DNA of 55,340 nucleotides from a virus (lineage: Duplodnaviria; Caudoviricetes), in the IMG/VR virus record IMGVR_UViG_3300017771_002251, positions 1-55,340 of that record. The stretch is one strand, 5' to 3'. The position numbers and the translations under genes were made by a program. The notes under the pieces are model-generated. The model was not told where the DNA came from. It did no database searches and saw only the letters and a program-made list of their open reading frames with translations. The first letter of the stretch is position 1. Each line of letters opens with the position of its first letter. Positions 1-8,052 of this stretch are shown here, in pieces.

Positions 1-841
1 CGTTTACGATATCACCCTTTACAGTTAGGTTTGCTGGAACAGCATCAGTACCTAATGTAATTGCCTTCTCGGCATTCAATACTTCTTTCAGTGTGGTGAC
101 ACCTTGTACATCTAGGGTATCTCTCAAGAGAGTTGCACCACCTACATCTAATTCACCACCAACAGAGAAGTCTGTACTAACTACCGAGTAGTTAAACTTT
201 GCGTAGACAGAGAAGGATACACCATCAGTGTCGGTAAATACGACTACTGATTGACCACCACGAATTTTTAAGTCGGTTCTTTGGTAAGAAGTTCTGGGAA
301 CAATGTCTCTATTGTATTCCAGATATTGATCAGAAGTGATTGCAGTGCCAGCACCTTCATCACTGATTGCTACTCTAAATCTAGCAGGTGATGGTCCTTG
401 GTTTGCGACAAACAAACTAACCAGTGCCTCTTCATCAGTAGGAACTGTATAGATTACTGTGTTTTCTCTTGGTGTTGGTAGAGATGCTGCAACAAATCCA
501 GTGGGAGTTGGGTCTTCTTGAATCTGACCGTGGAGAACAAATGATGTGCTCTCACAACTTGACCATACAATTAGAGATTGGTCACCACCATAATAGATGG
601 TGTCACTTTCATAACTTTGACCTTCACCAATCTCATAATCAAATAAGATATAGTTTTCTGGGTTGAAGTCTAACAGACCTCCGCTAGAAACACCGATTCT
701 AACCCGTACTGGATAAGGATCTTTATGTGTAATCGAAATTTTACCCTCTACAACTCTTCCCGTGGGGGCAGTGTGTAGTGCGACTCTAGTTTTTTTGGGT
801 GAAACGAGAGACGCTAAATATCCAAAAGTGGGATTAGACAT
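1..841 (-). CDS. Virion structural / fibre-associated protein, 3'-truncated by window edge (missing from ORF track)
   Basis: Manual translation from ATG at 841: MSNPTFGYLASLVSPKKTRVALHTAP...ENTVIYTVPTDEEALVSLFVANQGPSPARFRVAIS...YLEYNRDI..., open to base 1. It has two tandem copies of the domain seen in 10305..10625, and a TATAAATA late promoter lies upstream. Confidence 0.8.
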   Translation of the reverse strand, partial: MSNPTFGYLASLVSPKKTRVALHTAPTGRVVEGKISITHKDPYPVRVRIGVSSGGLLDFNPENYILFDYEIGEGQSYESDTIYYGGDQSLIVWSSCESTSFVLHGQIQEDPTPTGFVAASLPTPRENTVIYTVPTDEEALVSLFVANQGPSPARFRVAISDEGAGTAITSDQYLEYNRDIVPRTSYQRTDLKIRGGQSVVVFTDTDGVSFSVYAKFNYSVVSTDFSVGGELDVGGATLLRDTLDVQGVTTLKEVLNAEKAITLGTDAVPANLTVKGDIVN

Positions 842-874
842 CTTGTTGTCGCTATAGTCCTTCTGTGTTATACT

Positions 875-882
875 TATTTATA
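875..882 (-). promoter_or_regulatory. T4-type late promoter TATAAATA
   Basis: Exact consensus about 34 nt upstream of the ATG at 841. Confidence 0.8.
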
Positions 883-897
883 CCCGTCTACAATACG

Positions 898-1722
898 ATG
901 CCTAAACTGATTACTGGATGCAATGGATTCATTGGAAAGAAGTTTGCAGAAAAACACCAACCATTCATTGGAGTAGAAGATTATAACGCTTGGGCAATGC
1001 TTGAGAACTTTAATGGGTGGAAAGATATTGACGAGATCATTCACATGGGTGCAATCTCTTCTACTACATGTACAGATGAGGAAAGACTTACATGTTTCAA
1101 CGTAGAGTATTCCATTGCATTGTTTGAGAAAGCACTTGAGTATGGTATCCCTGTAAAGTATGCATCATCTGCTTCTGTGTATGGCAACAGGAACGATGGT
1201 GGATTAGATCCTCTCAATCTATATGCAAAGTCAAAGGTTGCTGTAGACCTGTGGGTGTCTGAAAATATTGATAGGTTTGACCTGATTCAAGGATTTAGAT
1301 TCTTCAATGTGTATGGTCTGGGAGAAGATCACAAAGGTAATCAACGTAGTCCCATAAGCAAGTTTGCAGAGCAAGCAGTATCGAATGGTGTGATTGAAAT
1401 CTTTGAAGGATCTGAAAGAATGTTCAGAGACTTTGTGTGGGTAGATGATGTTGTAGACATCGTAGATAACAATGGTGTAGAGTCTGGTATCTACGATCTA
1501 GGATCTGGACGTGTGTACTCTTTTAGAGAAGTAGCAGAAATCATTGCACAAAAATTCGGGGCGGAGATCAAAGAGATCCCCTTCCCCGAACATCTGAAAG
1601 ACAAGTATCAATACAATACTCTTTCTAATTTTAAGTGGGAGAACAAAGATTTTATCTCAATTGAGACCTACATCAGTCACCTTTCTTTACTCGATAAGAG
1701 TCAGAGTCAAAGTGTGTCGTAG
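898..1722 (+). CDS. hldD: ADP-L-glycero-D-manno-heptose 6-epimerase-like extended SDR (NAD-dependent epimerase)
   Basis: ITGCNGFIG Rossmann motif, HMGAISST, YASSASVYG, PLNLYAKSK (YxxxK), FRFFNVYG, RDFVWVDDV. ATG at 898 preferred over GTG at 865. Confidence 0.8.
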   Translation: MPKLITGCNGFIGKKFAEKHQPFIGVEDYNAWAMLENFNGWKDIDEIIHMGAISSTTCTDEERLTCFNVEYSIALFEKALEYGIPVKYASSASVYGNRNDGGLDPLNLYAKSKVAVDLWVSENIDRFDLIQGFRFFNVYGLGEDHKGNQRSPISKFAEQAVSNGVIEIFEGSERMFRDFVWVDDVVDIVDNNGVESGIYDLGSGRVYSFREVAEIIAQKFGAEIKEIPFPEHLKDKYQYNTLSNFKWENKDFISIETYISHLSLLDKSQSQSVS

Positions 1723-2026
1723 AGAACTCATACATCTCTGTATCTTCTAACGCCTTCATTTGATGGCGCAATAACCTGGGGACTTCAAACTTGTCTCCAG
1801 GTTTTAATATTACTGTGTCTGCATCTATGAAGTCATCATGATATCCATAGACCAATTGCAATTTGCCTGAATGAATATAGAATGTTTCTTCTTTTAACTC
1901 ATGGTAATGCCAGGAACATTTCTTTCCTTTTTCAAAGAACAAAAGTTTTCCACAGTATTTTTCATTGTTGACGATCCACTTCTCGTGACCCCAACCTTTA
2001 GGGACGAACTTAATTGAAGAACTCAT
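1673..2026 (-). CDS. Cupin, mannose-6-phosphate isomerase type II / sugar ketol-isomerase-like
   Basis: VPKGWGHE, CSWHYHELKEETFYIHSG, PGDKFEVPRLLRHQM cupin metal motifs. ATG at 2026 overlaps the end of the upstream HAD gene. Confidence 0.75.
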   Translation of the reverse strand: MSSSIKFVPKGWGHEKWIVNNEKYCGKLLFFEKGKKCSWHYHELKEETFYIHSGKLQLVYGYHDDFIDADTVILKPGDKFEVPRLLRHQMKALEDTEMYEFSTTHFDSDSYRVKKGD

Positions 2027-2333
2027 GGTCGCTGACTCCTTTGTCGTCAATGTATATATCTCCAGAAGGTTTACCTAGGTATAAAGCGTCGAACATGCAC
2101 CCCCATTCACATAATTGTTTCTTGGTGAACTCATAGAATTCGTCATGTGCTTTCTGACGATCATTATTATAGCGTCCCATACCTCTAGCTGTGAGGTAGA
2201 TTACTTCATTTCCTTCAATGTATAGTTGATTGATTCTACGGATACGATCTTCCCTGGGTCTGGCATGTGTGTACACAGCATCACCTTCACCAGGGAAACA
2301 GATAGTGCCGTCGATATCAACAACGTATTTCAT
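2010..2333 (-). CDS. Small cap-less HAD-family phosphatase (capsule-biosynthesis phosphatase-like)
   Basis: VDIDGTI (DxDGT), YLTARG, GKP, YIDDK: HAD motifs I-IV. Confidence 0.8.
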   Translation of the reverse strand: MKYVVDIDGTICFPGEGDAVYTHARPREDRIRRINQLYIEGNEVIYLTARGMGRYNNDRQKAHDEFYEFTKKQLCEWGCMFDALYLGKPSGDIYIDDKGVSDHEFFN

Positions 2334-3102
2334 TTATATCATCTTTAGATAGAACATATGTGCCGAAGTGTGTAACGGCAATTGCTGCTGCTTTGTTTGC
2401 GTAAGGAATAGCACGATCAATCGTACCAAGCAACAGATAGAAATGTACCAGAGCTGCTAGGAACGTATCACCAGCACCTGCTACATCAAACACAGGGACA
2501 TTGATACCAGGAAAAGATCTTCCGTTCCAAGTACAACCTTGCGACCCTTTGGTTACAATTAGATTAGCATAATCTCCTTCTAACTTTTGTGCTTCACGAT
2601 CATTGATCTTAATGAAACACTGTTTTGGTAACCTGGTCTTCTTGCTATCAATAAAGACAGGACCATTGAACCACTTTACTAATTCTTCTATTTTCTCTTC
2701 GGATAGAAATCCTTTGTTGTAGTCAGAGATGACCATAACATCAAACTTTTCTGTTGGTAGTTCCCATCCAAAATCTTCTGCTTCGTCGTTCTCATCCAAC
2801 CGCATGATCTGCTGGTTGGACTTGGAGTCTACGTATCGAGTCTTTGTGATTTGTGATTCATGAGTCATCATGTAAACTTCATCGCCAAAGGACATGATAT
2901 TCTCCCTGACGTTATGTGCCATACCTTTGGCAGTCTCTACTCTATCGTATACCATGACTGGTACAGGTGCCTCTGGACTGATCCTGGTGACTGTACCATA
3001 CACATATTTGTCAGTGCAGGTGTCACCGATAAGGAGTACCTTGAATTGTTTGGGTTGTGGAGTAGTCTCCTTGTCGATCAAAAAACCGAACTGATTTTGC
3101 AT
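2317..3102 (-). CDS. hldE: PfkB-family sugar kinase, HldE/RfaE domain I (heptose-7-phosphate kinase)-like; start uncertain
   Basis: VLLIGD, RISPEAPVPV, ITKTRY, ISDYNKGFL, VFDVAGAGDTFLAAL, ANKAAAIAV. Confidence 0.85.
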   Translation of the reverse strand: MQNQFGFLIDKETTPQPKQFKVLLIGDTCTDKYVYGTVTRISPEAPVPVMVYDRVETAKGMAHNVRENIMSFGDEVYMMTHESQITKTRYVDSKSNQQIMRLDENDEAEDFGWELPTEKFDVMVISDYNKGFLSEEKIEELVKWFNGPVFIDSKKTRLPKQCFIKINDREAQKLEGDYANLIVTKGSQGCTWNGRSFPGINVPVFDVAGAGDTFLAALVHFYLLLGTIDRAIPYANKAAAIAVTHFGTYVLSKDDINEIRC

Positions 3103-3421
3103 AGCGTGAACCTACTACTTCTTTTCCTTTCCAGTCGGAACCGACTACCATTGTATCAGGTTTGATCGATTCCAGCAACTCCTCTAGCTCTTGTTTGGTG
3201 TCGAATGTGTGGACTACATCAACATACCTGATTGCTGACAGCATCAGTCTTCTATCGGATTGCGAAAAAATAGGTCTCTCGGGACCTTTCATTTCTGCTA
3301 CTTTCCTGTCGGAGTCGATAGCAACAATGAGATAGTCTCCGAAAGACCTAGCGTAATTAAGAAGTTCGATGTGCCCTGGATGGAGCACATCAAAACATCC
3401 ATTTACAAACGAGATTTTCAT
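3023..3421 (-). CDS. hldE: HldE/RfaE domain II-like nucleotidyltransferase (heptose-1-phosphate adenylyltransferase family)
   Basis: FVNGCFDVLHPGH (HxGH), LIVAIDSD, KGPERPI, GSDW, C-terminal YSTT. ATG at 3421 overlaps the carbamoyltransferase stop (ATGA). Confidence 0.85.
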   Translation of the reverse strand: MKISFVNGCFDVLHPGHIELLNYARSFGDYLIVAIDSDRKVAEMKGPERPIFSQSDRRLMLSAIRYVDVVHTFDTKQELEELLESIKPDTMVVGSDWKGKEVVGSRYAKSVRFFDRQGDYSTTQTIQGTPYR

Positions 3422-5100
3422 TCGTTGGGAACATGAACAAGTTTCTGGATCTCTGGTAGATACATCCATTCAATATCACTTCTCTTCAAAGTGAGGACTG
3501 CATCTTCGATTGTCTCGACCAACGGGTCTCCACCAAGATTAAAAGAAGTGTTAAACAAAATAGGGACACCAGCAATCTTATCGAATGCATCAATGAGTTT
3601 GTAGTAGTGTTCATTTTGCTCTTGGGTTACAGTTTGAATACGACAAGTATTGTCCACATGAATAACCGAAGGAATCTTCTCTTCCACTCCGTCATGACAC
3701 TTGACTGCATACATCATGTGAGGTGTCTCATCACGACCTGCTAGATCAAACCAGTCATTAACCTTTTCTTTCTTGATAGAACATGCGAATGGACGGAACC
3801 ATTCACGATGCTTAACTGCATTGACGTGATCTTTACCATCTTTGATAGTAGGATCAAACAGAATAGATCTGTTACCCAATGCACGAGGACCACCTTCAGA
3901 ACGACCCTGATAAATGGTTACGATATTACCTTCACGAATCAGTTTAGCAACATCATCATATGAAGTGTCGGTAGTTTCTAGACCTTCTAGATCTGCCTCG
4001 TAACCAGTGGGATCATATTGAGGACCATAGTAAACAGATTCCTGCTTACTGGGTTTCTCGGTTTCCATTACTTTATTGTAGATGTACTTTGCACCACCAA
4101 TAGAAGTACCACCGTCATGCGAAATAGGTTCGCAGTAGATATTGAGGTCAGGGAACTCCTTCCAATACTTGTAGTTTGCAACGCAGTTGAGACCATATCC
4201 GCCACATACTACAATGTTCTTTTCACCAGTCATTTCGTGTGCTTTGCGAATTAACTGAACCATACGGTCGGAAGTTTGTTCCTGAATCTTGTAAGCAAGA
4301 TCCTTTTGAATATCTGTATACTCACCCTCTACATGGTTGTCATAATCCTTCTTGAGAATATCAAAACGACCAATGTTAATTTGAGCGGCATTAGGATACG
4401 TAGGAATAATAACGTCCCTGTTACCCCAACCATCTCTGAAGAAGTCTGGCAAATCTTCGTTAGGTTTGCCGTATGGAGCAAGACCCATAAGTTTGCCAGC
4501 TTCAATTGCTGGGAATCCACAGTATTGAGTTACTGCTTCATACATCTTGGTGTGACCAGGGTATTCTGTAATGAAGATACCTTTCTCTGGTTCATTGCAA
4601 CCAATAGCTGCTTTTGATCCAATGTGTTTGAACACTGTATCAAATTCACCAGGATAAGATGCATCAAAGATAGTTTCAAACTCGTAGGAGACATCTCCTA
4701 CTTGTTCAATCTGTAGGAAACTACCTGCACCATCAGCAATGACACAAGCAGCAGTTTCAAAACCAGAGTTATAGAAACCACATGCAGCATGCATCTCGTG
4801 GTGATTAACGTCGATGAAGTGAGTTTCAAACTCAAACTTCTTCCTGGCAAGTTTCCTTACCCAACCTTGGTATGCATCCTCACCAGACCAATCCAATACA
4901 GGACCGTGACGGTGAGTATGACAAATAACCAGGTGGTCAATGTGATCAACATATTCAAACGCTTTTGCGATTCCCATTAGAGGGGATCCGTCATACTTAA
5001 ATCTAGTGAGGCGTTCTTCTTCTAGATAAAATACTACTTTACCATCAACCAGCAAAGTAGTGCTCCCGTTATGACCACGGGCAATTGCAAGAATGTTCAT
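3418..5100 (-). CDS. O-carbamoyltransferase, NodU/CmcH/TobZ family
   Basis: EEERLTRFK, HHEMHAACGFYNS, ADGAG, GKLMGLAPYG, GGYGLNCVAN, DGGTSIG, GRSEGGPRALGNRSIL, KHREWFRPFA, HVDNTCRIQTV, NTSFNLGGDPLVET. Confidence 0.92.
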   Translation of the reverse strand: MNILAIARGHNGSTTLLVDGKVVFYLEEERLTRFKYDGSPLMGIAKAFEYVDHIDHLVICHTHRHGPVLDWSGEDAYQGWVRKLARKKFEFETHFIDVNHHEMHAACGFYNSGFETAACVIADGAGSFLQIEQVGDVSYEFETIFDASYPGEFDTVFKHIGSKAAIGCNEPEKGIFITEYPGHTKMYEAVTQYCGFPAIEAGKLMGLAPYGKPNEDLPDFFRDGWGNRDVIIPTYPNAAQINIGRFDILKKDYDNHVEGEYTDIQKDLAYKIQEQTSDRMVQLIRKAHEMTGEKNIVVCGGYGLNCVANYKYWKEFPDLNIYCEPISHDGGTSIGGAKYIYNKVMETEKPSKQESVYYGPQYDPTGYEADLEGLETTDTSYDDVAKLIREGNIVTIYQGRSEGGPRALGNRSILFDPTIKDGKDHVNAVKHREWFRPFACSIKKEKVNDWFDLAGRDETPHMMYAVKCHDGVEEKIPSVIHVDNTCRIQTVTQEQNEHYYKLIDAFDKIAGVPILFNTSFNLGGDPLVETIEDAVLTLKRSDIEWMYLPEIQKLVHVPNE

Positions 5101-5111
5101 TATTACCTCAA

Positions 5112-6251
5112 TTATTTTTTAACAGAAAACCCTTTACTGGGAATCTCGATTGCTGGAATCTTTACGTCTGTGCCGCCAGGAGCAGCTTGTTGCATTGGGA
5201 GTTGGAAATTGTTTCCATTGCTACTGGGTGCTGCTTCAGGCATGTTACAACCGTCTGCTGTAGGACCACCAAATTCTGGAGGAAGAACAACATCAGTAGC
5301 GGGTTTGCGATAGTATTTGTTCATGAATTTGTCAACAGACTTCATGATAACATCCTCGATCTTATCATTCATCGCCATGATACCATCATTAGCTCTCGCT
5401 GCTTCTTCATCAGGAGTAATGCGAATAGGATCGTAGATACGTTGTCCTTCACCCATATCCAGGATGTCAAACTTCTCTTCATTTGGATAAGAAACATTCT
5501 CTCCAAAAGTAGATCCCATGACAGCAACAACTGGAGTTCCTACTGCATGTGCAATATGCTGTCCTACAGAGTCACATCCTAGGAACAAGTCTGCTTCCTC
5601 AATGATACCTGCCCAACCTCTCATGGGGACTCCATTGCCAGCAGGGAATGAAATAGTATCGCGAAGTCCTTCTTTCTCGAAGTCGAATGCAAACTCTGAC
5701 ATTAGAATGACAGAATACTTTTTCTGCAGACGCTTGATGATAGAAACAACGTTTCTGTGCTCAAAACTTCTACCAGAAGGATCAGTGATGATACTACCCG
5801 CTTGCTGTACTCCTCTACCATATGGTTGGAATACTACGGTTTTTGGTTTCTTGGTCTTTTGTCTTACCTCTGCAACAATAAACTTTCCGTTAATTGCTTC
5901 TTCTCTGGAAAGTTTTAGAGTTGGTTTGGGTAGATCTCTAACACCTTTATTGTTGATAGCAATATCGAATGCTTGAGAGAGATTGCATTTCTGATTGTAA
6001 TACTCCCACACCCTGTAAGGTTCTGGGGAAATCGTGTCAGTATGAATCAGTTTGTCTCTAAAGAGATTCTTATGCCAGTTATCATACACCTTGCCATAAA
6101 GTGTAGGATGTCCTTTGAAGAAGTCTGTACCTCCTTCACATACGATTAGGAACTCCTCGTCGGGATGATCCTCTTGATATTTCTCAAGGGCAGGAATTGA
6201 ACAAAGCACACGTCCAGCACCACCATTGATAAAGAATGATTTAGGTCTCAT
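5112..6251 (-). CDS. GT-B glycosyltransferase, GT9 (ADP-heptose-dependent heptosyltransferase)-like
   Basis: N-terminal GGAGRVLCSIPALE resembles GT9 'GDxxxxxPxl'. C-terminal IIEEADLFLGCDSVGQHIAHAVGTPVVAVMGST resembles GT9 'DSGxxHxAxAxgxPxvxlfG'. It sits next to heptose pathway genes. Confidence 0.72.
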   Translation of the reverse strand: MRPKSFFINGGAGRVLCSIPALEKYQEDHPDEEFLIVCEGGTDFFKGHPTLYGKVYDNWHKNLFRDKLIHTDTISPEPYRVWEYYNQKCNLSQAFDIAINNKGVRDLPKPTLKLSREEAINGKFIVAEVRQKTKKPKTVVFQPYGRGVQQAGSIITDPSGRSFEHRNVVSIIKRLQKKYSVILMSEFAFDFEKEGLRDTISFPAGNGVPMRGWAGIIEEADLFLGCDSVGQHIAHAVGTPVVAVMGSTFGENVSYPNEEKFDILDMGEGQRIYDPIRITPDEEAARANDGIMAMNDKIEDVIMKSVDKFMNKYYRKPATDVVLPPEFGGPTADGCNMPEAAPSSNGNNFQLPMQQAAPGGTDVKIPAIEIPSKGFSVKK

Positions 6252-6280
6252 AATCAATCACAAAATGATTTAGTTTCTAC

Positions 6281-6288
6281 TATTTATG
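6281..6288 (-). promoter_or_regulatory. Late promoter CATAAATA for the GT9-carbamoyltransferase-HldE operon
   Basis: ATAAATA core located between the terminator and the ATG at 6251. Confidence 0.65.
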
Positions 6289-6292
6289 CATG

Positions 6293-6316
6293 AAAAAAGG
6301 GGCGGTTCCCCGCCCC
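6293..6316 (-). terminator. Rho-independent terminator
   Basis: Minus strand GGGGCGG-GGAA-CCGCCCC-TTTTTT: perfect 7-bp GC stem, GNRA loop, U6 tail. Confidence 0.9.
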
Positions 6317-6317
6317 G

Positions 6318-6327
6318 ATTATACCAC
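6318..6327 (-). promoter_or_regulatory. Extended -10 sigma70-like element GTGGTATAAT
   Basis: TGnTATAAT. An identical 10-mer occurs at 53428-53437. No good -35 box. Confidence 0.45.
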
Positions 6328-6338
6328 GGAATTGATGA

Positions 6339-7064
6339 TCATTCAGATAGAAGACCTTCCTCGTCTACGTTATAGTCATAGTTCTCTAGGAGACCAAGTG
6401 TAGGATCTTCAGGGAAAGGAATCATGAATGCGTCAACGCCATCATACTTGGTGTATACATTTTCCATCGTAGTGATGAATGTTTCGATAGCAGTGACTTG
6501 ACTTGCGATCAGATTAGCTCTCTGTTCTGCAAGGAAATCTTGTGCGCCTTTTAGGATACCGTCGCGAGCAGCTTTGTGCTGTTCCATGGTGATCCAAACT
6601 TCCATGAAGGGGAAGGGTTCTTTCCACTCACCAGCAGAAAAATCATACTCGATTGCATCTACATTGTAGGTGTGGTCGGGTAGTTGGGGATCGGGACGCT
6701 CGTAATATGCTTCGGTTTCGCCTGCCAACTTGTACTCCTTCTGGGGATAACCAGCATCTTTGCCAGTATCGGTGTGGAAGAAGACAGATGCAATGATAGC
6801 ATCAGTGTTGGAGGTTTTAGGGCGGAGAAGAATTGCTCTCTCGTCTAGACCTGCTCTGATTTGTGCATTCTCTGCATCTTCAGTTTCATTTCTGACAGGC
6901 ATGCAGGATTGCGCTGGTAGTAGTGTACCAGTCGCTGCATCAACGAATACATATAAGAATTCTGGACCATTGTAGGTCGCAGTAGCAGTTAGTCCAAGAT
7001 CACTAGTCTGCTTCGTGTACTCGTCAGGTAGGTTATAAGTGTATTCCTTTGAAATTTTCGCCAT
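6339..7064 (-). CDS. Hypothetical protein, possible tail-fibre assembly chaperone
   Basis: Acidic 241-aa ORF directly after the adhesin-like genes. Its C-terminal helical segment (KAARDGIL...IPFPEDP) is reminiscent of phage fibre assembly proteins. Confidence 0.5.
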   Translation of the reverse strand: MAKISKEYTYNLPDEYTKQTSDLGLTATATYNGPEFLYVFVDAATGTLLPAQSCMPVRNETEDAENAQIRAGLDERAILLRPKTSNTDAIIASVFFHTDTGKDAGYPQKEYKLAGETEAYYERPDPQLPDHTYNVDAIEYDFSAGEWKEPFPFMEVWITMEQHKAARDGILKGAQDFLAEQRANLIASQVTAIETFITTMENVYTKYDGVDAFMIPFPEDPTLGLLENYDYNVDEEGLLSE

Positions 7065-7105
7065 GGTAGTAATCTCTGTGTATAGTCCGTGAGTATTGCT
7101 TTAGA

Positions 7106-7113
7106 TATTTATA
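7106..7113 (-). promoter_or_regulatory. Late promoter TATAAATA
   Basis: Exact consensus upstream of the ATG at 7064. Confidence 0.75.
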
Positions 7114-7122
7114 TAAAATTGA

Positions 7123-8022
7123 TCAGTAGCTGCATTCAGATTGCTTGTAGGAAATCCGAATAAGACCGTGATATCCATGCTGACCATAGCAGCATCCACC
7201 ATCAGTCCAAGCAGAAGCACCGCCAATGCCAGGAACATAGTTTCCTTCTGAATATGAACCGCCCCACTGTAGTTGTGCAGTAGCCCACATTGTGCTACAA
7301 TATCCACATCCTCTGTGCTCACACTGGGTCATGGGCAACCAACCGCCCTTACCGTTAACTAGACCAGCAGGGTAGGGGATGTATTGCTTGTTGTGGCAGT
7401 GGTTGCCTTGGCAGAACACGTTACCAGCACCAGCGTTGCCATAAGCACCACCATCAGCACCGTAGTATGGAGCACAAGGTCCATTACAGCATACACCACA
7501 CTTCGTCATCCAGAAGCAGCAGCACATGTAGCAGCAGGAGCATCCTCCATCACCACCATTAGCACAGAAGTTAGAAAGACCAAAACCTGTGATGTAGGTG
7601 TCTCCACCTTTTTGACCACAAGTCAAGTTATTCCTTGCTCTACCACCCTGTCCAATATCAATAGAATAAGAACAACCAGGAACAACATTATTTCCAGATA
7701 GTTTCTTATATGCATAAGCACCAGAACCACCAGGGATGCCTCTACCACAGCAGCGACTATCGCCACCAGATCCACCAGCACCCCAGATCTCAAAGATGAC
7801 CTCGGTGGTGTTTGCAGGAACTTTCCAATCAGGATACTGGAAGTATCCATAGTTAGAAGTCCAGTTATCACACGTTGCACCGCAGTGTGCTGCGATGTAC
7901 ATCACCGTGTAATCCTTTGAAGGATATGGGGGTACTTTTGTTGTAGTGTCCGCTTCAGCTAATGCCTGAATTTGTGCGGTAGTGACGACTCCTAATAAGT
8001 CTCGTAAATTGGTATTTGGCAT
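7123..8022 (-). CDS. Cys/Gly-rich adhesin-like virion protein, paralog 3
   Basis: LRDLL N-terminus, WKVPANTTEVIFEIWGAGGSGG..CC, PGIGGAS...CCYG...GLIRISY; about 25 Cys by manual count. Confidence 0.7.
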   Translation of the reverse strand: MPNTNLRDLLGVVTTAQIQALAEADTTTKVPPYPSKDYTVMYIAAHCGATCDNWTSNYGYFQYPDWKVPANTTEVIFEIWGAGGSGGDSRCCGRGIPGGSGAYAYKKLSGNNVVPGCSYSIDIGQGGRARNNLTCGQKGGDTYITGFGLSNFCANGGDGGCSCCYMCCCFWMTKCGVCCNGPCAPYYGADGGAYGNAGAGNVFCQGNHCHNKQYIPYPAGLVNGKGGWLPMTQCEHRGCGYCSTMWATAQLQWGGSYSEGNYVPGIGGASAWTDGGCCYGQHGYHGLIRISYKQSECSY

Positions 8023-8045
8023 CTTCTATGGCTCTTCTTAATTGA

Positions 8046-8052
8046 TATTTAG
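8046..8052 (-). promoter_or_regulatory. Late promoter variant CTAAATA
   Basis: Overlaps the stop of paralog 2, upstream of the ATG at 8022. Confidence 0.5.

Noticed and set aside
3418-5100. Carbamoyltransferase as a DNA hypermodification enzyme
   Set aside because: Not excluded, but no hydroxymethylase, thymidylate-synthase-like or nucleotide genes are adjacent. The context is sugar and virion genes, so it is kept only as an alternative.
5085-5976. Plus-strand ORFs of 165 and 152 aa opposite the GT gene
   Set aside because: Essentially fully antisense to well-supported CDSs; no motifs
898-6251. Bacterial LPS locus or host contamination
   Set aside because: Flanked on both sides by phage structural genes, with T4-type late promoters and similar composition and gene packing
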